This document shows, piece after piece, positions 37,829 through 47,453 of a stretch of DNA of 64,000 nucleotides (position 1 is its first letter; every line of letters starts with the position of its first letter). The stretch covers positions 1 through 64,000 of the IMG/VR virus record IMGVR_UViG_3300044957_001482. One strand, given 5' to 3'. A model generated the notes under the pieces. That model did not search any database. It was not told the origin of the DNA and was given only the letters and a program-made list of their open reading frames with translations. This DNA is from a virus. Lineage: Duplodnaviria; Caudoviricetes. The position numbers and the translations under genes are program-made.

Positions 37829-40800
37829 CTAGTTTGCTGCTGCTTGGGCCATTTTCTGGTTGGCATCAGCGGTTCTGCTTTGACTTGTTGCTATCATCTG
37901 CAGTGTTTCCAGTATACGCCGCTGTGTCCCATCGTCTTTGTTTTGCAATGAATTGACCACTTGTTGCAGGGTAGATTTGAATTCTTGTGTTACCTGTTGT
38001 ATGGCTGCGGATTGATCAACATTGGATTGTTGTATGACATCCTTGATAGCAGTGCCCAGTATTTCACCTATGTCAGGGCCAAACATTTTGCTACCGGCCT
38101 GAACACCGGCAAAGTCAAAATTCATCAACATGCCCGACTTGACAATCTCTTTCCAGGTGTTAGGGTCGGTAATAGTCTGTGTGGCGGAATCGTAGGCTCC
38201 CAGCTGCCCGGCAATTTTCTTCAGGGCTTCTATGTCGGTGGTGATTGGACCCTGGTTGAACCCGGTATAGTCGTCATACTGCCCGAGCAGTCTAGCCTGG
38301 TCGACGACCAGGCCCGGGTCGATCAAACCATTTTGCTGATTGAATCCAAATGCATTGGCAGCAACATAGTCGTCCAGGCTACGAGAGTAGCGGGAGATCA
38401 AACCATTTTGCTGATTGAATCCAAATGCATTGGCAGCAACATAGTCGTCCAGGCTACGAGAGTAGCGGGAGATCAAACCATTTTGCTGATTGAATCCAAA
38501 TGCATTTCTGTCCGCTGCAGCAGCATAGGCAGCAACATAGTCGTCCAGGCTACGAGAGTAACGGGAGATTGCTGCGAGATCTGTGCTTATAGTACCAGTG
38601 TCATTCACATTCCGAATGAGTTTGACTTTGACGTTATCATCGGTGCCCCGACGAGTGATATTTGAATTAACCATGCTTCGGAGGTCATGCAAGGTCTTTT
38701 CCAGCTTCGGCGAAAGACTGACCGGAATAGTGTCGCCATCGGGCAGTGGAACCACTGCCTCAGGGCCGGCTTCGCCAGCAATGGCTATGCCATCGGTCAC
38801 ACCGCCTTTGGCCATAGCAGGTATTTCCACATGAAAGTGACCGCCGGTGGAGTGGCGACTGGGGTTGGTATATTCATCGCGAACATATGACGCACCATTG
38901 CTTTTTAGCCACTCGACGATTTTCTCTGACTGTTCCGGAGTGGGAGGTTTTTGCAAAACAAAATCCAAGGCCGCACCTTTGTTGTGTGCACTCCCTGGGA
39001 CTTCTTTTTGATGGTAGTGATCGAAAAAGCCAGAAAAATACCCAAAACCTGGCACCCCTTCCTGGATGTTTTGGGCCAAATTGATCAATCGCCGATCCAG
39101 CTGAGCCCCGGCCTGTTGGACATCACCGCGCTTGACACGCAGACCGAAATTTTGGAGATCGCCCACTGTGAAGCTTTGTTTTTGCGCGGGTCCCAGTGGA
39201 GCAGCAGTGCTTTTGTTGGCGGCTGCGGCTGCCGCAGGTGCAGCACCAGGTGCTGCACCAGGTGCTGCACCTCCAAACATCGAAGTCGGAGCAGGTAGAA
39301 TATCAGCAGGTGCCACGTAACCCCCTGGGCCAGCGCCTGGCACTCGCACACTTTGGCTAGAACTCTGCCATTGTTTACGGAAATCGTCTTCGATCTTACG
39401 CTTCTGGTCCAGGCTCAGTTCAACATCTTTCTTGAACAGTTTGCCAATTACCCCGTAGGCCCGGGTATTGGCTTCGGCCTGTGCATCACCGACAGCACTG
39501 CGCAGACCCGATTCGTACATTTCTTGTGCTTGTTTGATACCACGCAGTTTCTGCTCTTCGTCAAAGAGGGTTTGTTCTAATTTGCGTTCATTCGCAGTCT
39601 TTCCTATGCCCAGGATCCGACCAAGCAAATTGGCCTGGCTCTTGTTACGCTCGTCTTGCAGCTGTTTTCTAAGATTATCGACTTTGCTCCGGGCCGCTGC
39701 TTCTTGTTCGCTCTTGGGTTCTGTCTCGGTAACTCCAAACATCTCGTTGAGCTTTTTTGTGCTAATGGCCACCGCCTCGGCAAAGGCCAGCGATGCCGCA
39801 GTGGCTGCAGGAAGACCTTTGGCTGACACGAAGCGTTCTACAGCTTCGTTGGCACGGATCTGCGTGGCACGCAGTTTGGCTTGATCGGTCAACATCTTGT
39901 CGGCTTTTTGACCCTCGGCCTCGGCCGATTTCTTGCGGTCAGCCTCGATTTTTTCTAGGATCTCGACAATGTCTTTCTCGGCCAGCCCGGCCAATTTCAA
40001 ATCACCGGCCAGATCGCCAAAGACCTGATTGTAAGTACCGATCATGCCCATGGTAGTGCCCAGGCTGCGTGCAGTTTGGCCGTGGGCACGTGCGATGCGT
40101 TGTGCTCCTTCGGCAGCACTTATCTGACCAGCTATGATCTGTTGTGCCACGCGCATGCTTTCACCATTCGTGCCCATCAATGACTTTTGTGCTTTTTCGG
40201 TCTGTATGTAGCCGGTCTGTATGTCAGCAAAGCCCTGAGCTGCTTCGGCATTCAGACTCTGCAGTATCAGGAATGTGTCTTCCAAGGCCTTGGCCTCTTT
40301 GAATTTCCCTTGCTGGCGCAGGCTTTCCAACTGTGCAGCAAAGCGTTCCTGGCTGCGCACCTGTTCGCGTGCTTTTTCCTGTTCTTGGCGTGACAGGCCA
40401 GTGAGTTTGGTCAGTGCATCCTGTTCTTCGAGATATCGTCGAGCCCCCTGGGCCAGGCGGTTGAGATCATCAGCACTGCGCTCAGCACTGCGCACAGTGT
40501 AGTCACCGGCCACGCGTTGCTGTTTGACATAGTTGGCCATGATCTCGGCGACGTCGGTCATGTCGTAACCTAGTCTGAAAAAATATTCTCGCGATCCTGC
40601 CAGAGCCAGGCTCATCTTGGCCAACTGTTGTCGTCCGGTGACCACGCCGCCGCCAAACAGTGTGAGTTCAGTGGCATTCCGTGTTATGACCGATATCAGG
40701 CCTTCCAGTTCACTTGATTGCGCTGACACTGCGATACCAAACCGCTTGGCATCATCAAACACTCCAGTCAGGCCGTCACTGGCAGCAGCACCCGATTGGG

Positions 40801-41308
40801 CCAGGTCCGAATATCCTTTGTACAGTCTATCGGACTGCTCGTTGGCTGCTTTCATCAGATCCGTAAAGCCCTGGGCAGCCAAGGCCGCGCCGGCAACGCC
40901 CGCGGTCATGGCCACTGCTCCGACATTGACCTTGGCCACATTGATTCCCAATGCACTCAACACTCCGCCCAGAGGTTTCAAAGCACGTCCCAGGGGAATC
41001 AACAGTCCTAGCACTGTGATCATACCAATGATACCGGTTGCGGCTTGATCTATGGAGTCATTGAATGCAGCAGCGCCCTTGGCACCGTTATTCATGGCCG
41101 TGGCCGCGGTGAGCACTGACCCTGCGAGATCCAACAGTGCATTCACGGCTTTTGCACCGGCTATTTCCAGCTGCTTGGATGTCTGTGTGCTGCCCACACT
41201 GAGAGCGCGTGCAGTCTGATCGGTCACATAGCCCAGTGTGCGCAGTTCTTCATTGATCTGTGCCAGCAGTCTTGCACTTTCTTCCAGCTCTTGATTTGGA
41301 TCGGCCAT
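37829..41308 (-). CDS. Tape measure/baseplate hub protein with LAS (M15-like) peptidase motif
   Basis: 1159-aa Ala-rich helical protein; SAHNKGAALD...HFHVE; AGEAGPEAVVPL. Confidence 0.7.
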   Translation of the reverse strand: MADPNQELEESARLLAQINEELRTLGYVTDQTARALSVGSTQTSKQLEIAGAKAVNALLDLAGSVLTAATAMNNGAKGAAAFNDSIDQAATGIIGMITVLGLLIPLGRALKPLGGVLSALGINVAKVNVGAVAMTAGVAGAALAAQGFTDLMKAANEQSDRLYKGYSDLAQSGAAASDGLTGVFDDAKRFGIAVSAQSSELEGLISVITRNATELTLFGGGVVTGRQQLAKMSLALAGSREYFFRLGYDMTDVAEIMANYVKQQRVAGDYTVRSAERSADDLNRLAQGARRYLEEQDALTKLTGLSRQEQEKAREQVRSQERFAAQLESLRQQGKFKEAKALEDTFLILQSLNAEAAQGFADIQTGYIQTEKAQKSLMGTNGESMRVAQQIIAGQISAAEGAQRIARAHGQTARSLGTTMGMIGTYNQVFGDLAGDLKLAGLAEKDIVEILEKIEADRKKSAEAEGQKADKMLTDQAKLRATQIRANEAVERFVSAKGLPAATAASLAFAEAVAISTKKLNEMFGVTETEPKSEQEAAARSKVDNLRKQLQDERNKSQANLLGRILGIGKTANERKLEQTLFDEEQKLRGIKQAQEMYESGLRSAVGDAQAEANTRAYGVIGKLFKKDVELSLDQKRKIEDDFRKQWQSSSQSVRVPGAGPGGYVAPADILPAPTSMFGGAAPGAAPGAAPAAAAAANKSTAAPLGPAQKQSFTVGDLQNFGLRVKRGDVQQAGAQLDRRLINLAQNIQEGVPGFGYFSGFFDHYHQKEVPGSAHNKGAALDFVLQKPPTPEQSEKIVEWLKSNGASYVRDEYTNPSRHSTGGHFHVEIPAMAKGGVTDGIAIAGEAGPEAVVPLPDGDTIPVSLSPKLEKTLHDLRSMVNSNITRRGTDDNVKVKLIRNVNDTGTISTDLAAISRYSRSLDDYVAAYAAAADRNAFGFNQQNGLISRYSRSLDDYVAANAFGFNQQNGLISRYSRSLDDYVAANAFGFNQQNGLIDPGLVVDQARLLGQYDDYTGFNQGPITTDIEALKKIAGQLGAYDSATQTITDPNTWKEIVKSGMLMNFDFAGVQAGSKMFGPDIGEILGTAIKDVIQQSNVDQSAAIQQVTQEFKSTLQQVVNSLQNKDDGTQRRILETLQMIATSQSRTADANQKMAQAAAN
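38321..38569. repeat. 75-bp in-frame tandem repeat, three copies
   Basis: Units start at 38321, 38396, 38471 (ISRYSRSLDDYVAANAFGFNQQNGL); one copy carries an extra insert. Confidence 0.92.
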
Positions 41309-41316
41309 AAAAACAT

Positions 41317-41349
41317 CCTATAAATAAACTACTACTGCATATTTATAGG
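41317..41349. promoter_or_regulatory. Face-to-face TATAAATA late promoters forming an inverted repeat
   Basis: CCTATAAATA...TATTTATAGG between divergent genes. Confidence 0.75.
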
Positions 41350-41355
41350 TGCCCA

Positions 41356-42198
41356 ATGACCATGACTACCAACCCATTACAACAGTTTTTCCGGCAGCCT
41401 GCGATCTATCTACGCCTGCCCAGCGGTGGCCAATTCTGGCCACCGGGCAGTGTTGACATCCCGCAGACCGGAGAACTACCGGTGTTTCCCATGACTGCTG
41501 CCGACGAGATAACCTATCGTACGCCCGACGCACTGTTCAACGGGCAGGCTGTGGTCGACGTGGTGCAGAGCTGCATACCCGCGATCAAAAATGCCTGGGC
41601 CATACCCAGCATCGATCTCAATCCCATCCTGGTGGCCATACGCATCGCCAGCTATGGACACGAAATGGAGATTGGAACCACTTGTCCTGCCTGCAGCACC
41701 AATGCTGAATTTTCGCTGGACCTGAGATCAGTGCTGGATCAGATGCGAGCACCAGACTACACCACAGCTCTGCGCCAAGGAGACCTTGAAATCGCATTCC
41801 ACCCCATGAGCTATCAGCAGCAGAATGCCAGCAATCTCGAACAGTTTGAAAGCCAGCAGATCATGCGTTCGGTGCCCGACAGCGGACTGCCTGAGCGTGA
41901 AAAAGTGCAACAGATGTCAGAACTGATAAAGACCATAACACGTCTCACCATACGAGCACTCACTGCCAGCATTGCCAGCGTGCGCACTCCGCACGCCCTG
42001 GTCACTGATCCTGCACACATCCAGGAATGGCTGGAAAACTGCGACCGAGCACTGTTCACTGAGATACGCAATCATGCGATCAAACTGCGCACTGACACCG
42101 AACTGCGGCCCATGGATCTCACTTGTCGTGACTGCGGACATCGATACGAGCAAGGACTGACTCTGGACATGGCAAGTTTTTTCGAACTCGCCTCCTGA
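41356..42198 (+). CDS. Baseplate hub assembly protein (gp26-like)
   Basis: NPLQQFFRQP, PMTAADEI, AIRIASYG, CPAC and CRDC zinc motifs. Confidence 0.75.
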   Translation: MTMTTNPLQQFFRQPAIYLRLPSGGQFWPPGSVDIPQTGELPVFPMTAADEITYRTPDALFNGQAVVDVVQSCIPAIKNAWAIPSIDLNPILVAIRIASYGHEMEIGTTCPACSTNAEFSLDLRSVLDQMRAPDYTTALRQGDLEIAFHPMSYQQQNASNLEQFESQQIMRSVPDSGLPEREKVQQMSELIKTITRLTIRALTASIASVRTPHALVTDPAHIQEWLENCDRALFTEIRNHAIKLRTDTELRPMDLTCRDCGHRYEQGLTLDMASFFELAS

Positions 42199-42200
42199 TC

Positions 42201-42413
42201 TTGAGCAATGACGAGATCTCTAAATATGTGGAACAACTGGATCAGGAGGCCAAAAACATACGCGCAGACAGCATGCGTCTGGCCTGGCACATGCGCGGCG
42301 GCGCTAGCTACGCACAGGTCATGATGATGAGTGCCGACGAGCGCAGGGCCATTTCTGAACTGATCAAAGAAAACATAGAAACCACGAAAAAATCTCGTTT
42401 ACCCTGGTTCTGA
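42201..42413 (+). CDS. gp51-like hub assembly chaperone (possibly a -1 frameshift extension of gp26)
   Basis: WHMRGGASY...MSADER motif; TTG start with no clear SD. Confidence 0.6.
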   Translation: MSNDEISKYVEQLDQEAKNIRADSMRLAWHMRGGASYAQVMMMSADERRAISELIKENIETTKKSRLPWF

Positions 42414-42416
42414 CCC

Positions 42417-42920
42417 GTGAACATCGACACTGTCACACAACAACTCATTCAATGGCTGGAAACATTTGTCGAAAAGCCACACCCGGCTCTGGGCGGCTGG
42501 TCGCCCTGTCCCTATGCACGGCAGGCTCGCATGACCGGTCAGATAAAAATCGTCCCGGGCACCGAGCTCGTAGACAATGCCCGTCAGGCCGCTGCACAGG
42601 GACTATGGCAGAGAGAAGTGGTGATATATTGCTATCCCACTGATCGTTGGTCTGGCCGGGAGTTTGCCGATCAGGTCAGTCAAATAAACCAATTTTTACG
42701 ACCACAGGGCATGTTTGCTCTGGATGATCACCCAGACAATGCCGAAATAGTCAATGGCATCAGTTTCAATTTTGGCGAGTGTGCGCTGATGATACTGCAA
42801 CTCACTGACAAACTTGACACAGCAGCACGCGCCTTGGCAGCCAAAGGCTACTACGATGGCTGGCCCGAAGAGTATCTAGCGCAGTTGTTTCACGGACGCA
42901 CGGATCCTAGGAAAATATAA
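42417..42920 (+). CDS. DUF1415-like protein
   Basis: WLETFVE...PCPYA...DHP motifs. Confidence 0.5.
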   Translation: MNIDTVTQQLIQWLETFVEKPHPALGGWSPCPYARQARMTGQIKIVPGTELVDNARQAAAQGLWQREVVIYCYPTDRWSGREFADQVSQINQFLRPQGMFALDDHPDNAEIVNGISFNFGECALMILQLTDKLDTAARALAAKGYYDGWPEEYLAQLFHGRTDPRKI

Positions 42921-42922
42921 TC

Positions 42923-44155
42923 ATGTACAGTGTGTATCAACCATGGGATCCGTTGAAAATCTGCGTGGTAGGACGCAGCTATCCTCCCGAGTTTTACAGT
43001 TTCATCGACAACCCTCGCTTGCGAGCACTGTTTGAAAAAATCGCAATCGAAACCGAAGAGGACTACCAAAAACTCATAGTCACATTAACCAATCTAGGAG
43101 TCAGAGTCATACGCCCAAACGTTCCCAGTGTGTGTGCAGATGATTTTGTAAGCAATTATCAACGGATCCCTGGCCCAATCAGCATGGTGCCCAGAGACCA
43201 GATGATCATGGTCGGAGAGAAATTTTTCGTATTTCCATACGACAGGATTTCGGTCAAATCGTCAGGCAGAAATATCCCCCGCGGGAACTGGACCGAGGAT
43301 CTCTATCACAGGATCAAGGGGCCCGATTGGCCACAAGCATTTACACCCTATGAAAAATTACCATTGTGGATACAGGATGAATGTCATACGATTCTCAAAA
43401 TTGATGTCTGCCCTGGGGAAGATTTTGAAAATTTCGTCAAGGTTTCCAGCGGGTATCATTGGTGGTCTCCGATTACCAGTCTGGTCCAAGCAGCCGGCAA
43501 TCCTGTGATCCAAAATCAGCACCATGCCGCGCTCAATTGTATTCCTGCAAACGGCGTTACCCAGATTGGAAAAGATTTATATTTTGGAATATCAAACAAT
43601 CATGGAGAAAATACCGACATAAAAAATCTCATCGATGATTTTTTTCAGGATTATCGATGCCACTTGATAACATCCGGCGGTCATATCGATGGATGTTTCA
43701 ATCCAGTGATTCCGGGTCTAATCATAAGCACACGCGATATCTCTACCTATCAATCCACGTTTCCTGGGTGGCAAGTGGTTTTTTTACCAGGGGAAAGTTA
43801 TGGAAAATTACAGCCGTTCCTGGACCTCAAAAAAAAGAATCAAGGAAAATGGTGGATCAAGGGCAGTGAGTACGATCACGAGTTGATCGATTATGTAGAA
43901 ACCTGGCTAGGCGACTGGGTAGGATATGTCGAAGAAAGTGTGTTTGACGTCAACTGCCTGACCGTTGACACAAAAAATGTCATAGTTTCTTCTTATAACA
44001 GCTCAGTGTTTGATACGTTCGATCAGCACGGAATCACTGCACACATTTGTCCGTTGAGACACAGATATTTCTGGGACGGTGGAATACACTGCGTGACCCT
44101 GGACATAGATCGCGACGGCTATCAACAGGACTGGTTCCCAGACAGATCAAGATGA
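42923..44155 (+). CDS. Amidinotransferase (pentein family)
   Basis: WDPLKICVVG, PRD, GHIDG, GGIHCVT catalytic motifs. Confidence 0.85.
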   Translation: MYSVYQPWDPLKICVVGRSYPPEFYSFIDNPRLRALFEKIAIETEEDYQKLIVTLTNLGVRVIRPNVPSVCADDFVSNYQRIPGPISMVPRDQMIMVGEKFFVFPYDRISVKSSGRNIPRGNWTEDLYHRIKGPDWPQAFTPYEKLPLWIQDECHTILKIDVCPGEDFENFVKVSSGYHWWSPITSLVQAAGNPVIQNQHHAALNCIPANGVTQIGKDLYFGISNNHGENTDIKNLIDDFFQDYRCHLITSGGHIDGCFNPVIPGLIISTRDISTYQSTFPGWQVVFLPGESYGKLQPFLDLKKKNQGKWWIKGSEYDHELIDYVETWLGDWVGYVEESVFDVNCLTVDTKNVIVSSYNSSVFDTFDQHGITAHICPLRHRYFWDGGIHCVTLDIDRDGYQQDWFPDRSR

Positions 44156-44595
44156 CCTACCAATTTGCTCGCATAGATCTCAACAAGACATCTTACCAGG
44201 CCACAGTGGACTGGCAATATATCACGGATCGCGATGACCCGACACTGACCAAATTAAATAATATCTACCGCACCTACTGTATCTACAAACGCTTTGCCTC
44301 GGTCATGCCCGTGTTTCCAAGTAGATACCGTGACTCCATGTCCGATGTCATTGGCTATTATGACCAGGGTGAATTGGTGGCCTGGAGCCTGATACGAAGA
44401 TTTGACTCTCACAATGCATTGTGTGATCAATTTGCCTGGACTTATCATCGACCAGGCATGAGACTGGGAATCGAAAGCATGAAGACCGAATGCGCCATCT
44501 ATCGAGCACGAGGTTTTCACTATCTCTACCTTGAGCAAGCGCATTTGTACAAGCAAGAGATCGACGGATTTGAATTACTAGGACCTATGACATAA
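44152..44595 (+). CDS. GNAT-fold protein resembling the Arg-tRNA-protein transferase C-domain
   Basis: YYDQGELVAWS...LG...GFHYLYLE...YK pattern; ATGA overlap. Confidence 0.45.
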   Translation: MTYQFARIDLNKTSYQATVDWQYITDRDDPTLTKLNNIYRTYCIYKRFASVMPVFPSRYRDSMSDVIGYYDQGELVAWSLIRRFDSHNALCDQFAWTYHRPGMRLGIESMKTECAIYRARGFHYLYLEQAHLYKQEIDGFELLGPMT

Positions 44596-44927
44596 TGGAT
44601 TTATACACTATCTGGGCCGACAAGGACGGCGACATTTCGGATGTAGAGTGGGTAGCAGGAATGAAGCAATTTTTTGATCATCTGGTTACCGAGGGCAAGA
44701 TGCAGGGCTACAGAATCACACGTTGCAAAATGGGATTTCGTAGCATCTCAGACATGCCCGAATGGATGATCATCATGGAATTCCGGGACATGGCACAGAT
44801 GGATCAGGCATTCCGCCGTGTGGCTCGCAAAGAAGGCGAACTGGAGGATGCTCATAGATCGTTCAATCAGTTTGTGGCAGGCAACATACAACATGCACTG
44901 TTCCGAGACTGGCCAGATGACATCTAA
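44595..44927 (+). CDS. DUF6614-like protein
   Basis: YRITRCKMGFRS...EWMIIMEF...HALFRDWPD. Confidence 0.55.
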   Translation: MDLYTIWADKDGDISDVEWVAGMKQFFDHLVTEGKMQGYRITRCKMGFRSISDMPEWMIIMEFRDMAQMDQAFRRVARKEGELEDAHRSFNQFVAGNIQHALFRDWPDDI

Positions 44928-45337
44928 GATGTGCTTCGCACATCTGTTCTTCGCTTGCGCTCGAACTGTTTGTCTGTACTAAGTATCATCCAGATTTAGT
45001 GGTCATACTTGCCCGTTGCCGGGCAAGTAATGGTCGCATCATCCGAGTTTACGCAGCCATTTTGCACGAGAAGATTTGTACTTGATGAACAGACAATTCT
45101 GTCGAGAACTGTCGGTCTAATACGTACAACGGAGGTGGTTGTGCTGTACCCCCTACTTCAGCCTTGACTCACAACGGAACGTGTGTGACCCTGTGCAAAC
45201 AAAGTCGACCACGCCAAGGTTGTGTCTTTTTCACAGAGCCTTGATCATTTCAGCCTTAGTTAGCTGTTGCCTTTGACACCCAAGATCCGCCGGTAAACTA
45301 ATACAAGCTCAATGGGGACCAGTCCTGTTCACTGGTC
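44927..45337 (-). ncRNA. Candidate large structured non-coding element (ncRNA or origin)
   Basis: ~400 nt with no ORF of 60 aa or more; at least five hairpins, with GNRA/GAA loops on the minus strand. Confidence 0.4.
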
Positions 45338-46364
45338 ACAGAGTCTTTGAAAGTTGCCTTACGAAAGTGTGATATGTGTTTGGTTCTAACAGTTGATGTA
45401 ATTGTTGTGTGTTGGTAAATTTTTTGAGGCCATACGATCTAAGATTGAGATTATGATGATATAGTAAATGATGTTGAATAGCTGCTTCACGCATAAGGTC
45501 GAGGTCAAATCGGTCAAGCGCAAGATTCTGTCCGTTGAGTATGGCCTGTATGATGCGGTCAAATGCCCAGACAAATCGCATACGGTCATAGTGAATCCTG
45601 GACCAAACTCGATAGAGGCTCAACCAGGACGACCATCTATCTTCGACCAACTCAACACCAACATGCTTCAAAAGATCGGGCATTGCTTGATCTAGACAGA
45701 ACCAATTTTCTGTGGCTTCTAGACCATAGTAATTACAATGATCGAATCGCTCGTCGCTGAATCCTGGCTGTGCAGGGGGCATGTTGAGAGCCAGGAATTC
45801 TCGCAGATCCCAGATTTGATCGAGTCCTTGTGATTTCCATATCGCATAATCCCGGCCAAAGAAAAATTCAATGAAATCGTGATTTTGTTGGTCCGCGGTC
45901 TGGTTGACAGCCGAAGCATCTTGCCATTTTTTTCTCAGTTTCCGAGGTTCCCATTTTGTATGGTACCGATGATACTGGCTGGACAACCGCACACGTATCA
46001 TGTAGTCGCTGTGTGTACATGCTAGATCCACGGTTTTTTGATCTAGCACAGGGTCAAATGGCCATTTATTGTCCGAGTCGATGTCAATTTGACCACGTTC
46101 AAAATTGTGAAGATACACTATCTGTGTGGTTGATTGGGACAATGGCCGTAGCGTGTCAACACACTGTTGAAGTTCGTTGAGGCTGGTAGCATGATTCACA
46201 GCAAACTGGTGAGCATTTCGCTCAGTCAATGGGTTGTCTCCGACTTCACAGGTGCTGTTGGATTTTACATGGTAGTGATGATCCTGGCCAGACAGCCTCA
46301 GGATGCTCCAGGCCAAAAAGGTGCCTCCGACTGCAGGATCTGTGATTAGAGAAATCAACGGCAT
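45336..46364 (-). CDS. Hypothetical protein, possibly sulfotransferase-like
   Basis: N-terminal LITDPAVGGTFLAW loop. Confidence 0.45.
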   Translation of the reverse strand: MPLISLITDPAVGGTFLAWSILRLSGQDHHYHVKSNSTCEVGDNPLTERNAHQFAVNHATSLNELQQCVDTLRPLSQSTTQIVYLHNFERGQIDIDSDNKWPFDPVLDQKTVDLACTHSDYMIRVRLSSQYHRYHTKWEPRKLRKKWQDASAVNQTADQQNHDFIEFFFGRDYAIWKSQGLDQIWDLREFLALNMPPAQPGFSDERFDHCNYYGLEATENWFCLDQAMPDLLKHVGVELVEDRWSSWLSLYRVWSRIHYDRMRFVWAFDRIIQAILNGQNLALDRFDLDLMREAAIQHHLLYHHNLNLRSYGLKKFTNTQQLHQLLEPNTYHTFVRQLSKTL

Positions 46365-46870
46365 AAATCACGCACGGTATTGGCATTGAGTTCCCAGAAC
46401 AGCTCATGGTCCATGATGATCCACTGGCCACGAAGCCCGGCGGCATAATTGAAATGTCTGGTATAGATCAATGAAGTCTGATTGGGCTGCAACTGAACAG
46501 CCACATACGTGCCTTTGCGATTGAACTTCATAAAAATAATGTTGAAATCGCCGAGATCAGACACAGCCATGCATTGATCGATCCAGTCGTCCAAAATTTT
46601 GACCGATCCTGAAAAAAGCTGATGAAAAGGAAAGTTCTGGTAATTTTTGCATTCTGCGTTGAGCCTGGAAAACGATTCGCCGGGTATGATGTCGCCCTTG
46701 AATGTGCGTATCTGTCCTTCGTGCAACAACTGTTTGCGATGGGTGTTTTTTCCACCTATGTACGCGCCCGACCCCGGCGCTCGCATGAATCGCTCACCGT
46801 AGAGTTCGGTGAGAAAATCCGCGATGTAACGCTCAAAGGAGTTGCCTTTGGTTTTGCTGGGACTGGGCAT
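46355..46870 (-). CDS. Holliday junction resolvase (PD-(D/E)xK)
   Basis: KTKGNSFER, RAPGSGA, GDII, ECK. Confidence 0.75.
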   Translation of the reverse strand: MPSPSKTKGNSFERYIADFLTELYGERFMRAPGSGAYIGGKNTHRKQLLHEGQIRTFKGDIIPGESFSRLNAECKNYQNFPFHQLFSGSVKILDDWIDQCMAVSDLGDFNIIFMKFNRKGTYVAVQLQPNQTSLIYTRHFNYAAGLRGQWIIMDHELFWELNANTVRDLCR

Positions 46871-46874
46871 GGTG

Positions 46875-47453
46875 TTATTGTTTATGATCTAGATTGACCC
46901 AGGCAGTAATTTCCTCTATACAGGTGTTACTTTGCATGGCAAGACACAGCGTTATCATGTCAATGATATCAGTTAGAGAATGGCCAAGGTCTGTGGGTTC
47001 TGCGAGTGCCCGACTCGTTGGCTTCGCCAATTGATCGACATTGAGCAACGTTGTCCTGAATCTCACATGGTTTTGCTTAAAGGCTCTGCTCCATTGATGA
47101 CTGTGATATCGCAAAACTGCTTTGTTGGCAGCATAGAGATCATGGTCCAACACAGGCGGAATTTCCGAGACACTGGCCACTCCACCTATATTAATAATGT
47201 AGCCGGATTTATCACACTGCTTCCAGGTTGTAGCAAGTTGGTTGAGTAATTTGGTTTGGCAAAAATCACCGTTGATTTCGCCATATACCCCATCATATGC
47301 ATTGTTTATAAAAATATCATGGTCAAGACTTGCCTGTACTAGATCATTGATATTATTTCGTAGATCGTGCCCGGTACTGCGGCTAACACTGCTTCCCTTA
47401 AAATGTTGACAAATGGCCAGGCCCAGGCCTTGATTTCCGCCGGTTATCAACAT
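46875..47453 (-). CDS. Short-chain dehydrogenase/reductase
   Basis: TGGNQGLG, NNA, YAANK. Confidence 0.8.
   Translation of the reverse strand: MLITGGNQGLGLAICQHFKGSSVSRSTGHDLRNNINDLVQASLDHDIFINNAYDGVYGEINGDFCQTKLLNQLATTWKQCDKSGYIINIGGVASVSEIPPVLDHDLYAANKAVLRYHSHQWSRAFKQNHVRFRTTLLNVDQLAKPTSRALAEPTDLGHSLTDIIDMITLCLAMQSNTCIEEITAWVNLDHKQ

Noticed and set aside
38321-38569. CRISPR array
   Set aside because: Units are contiguous in-frame coding repeats with no unique spacers
44927-45337. tRNA, tmRNA or group I intron
   Set aside because: No cloverleaf or T-loop, tag ORF or P7 core recognised; flanking genes are convergent, not split exons
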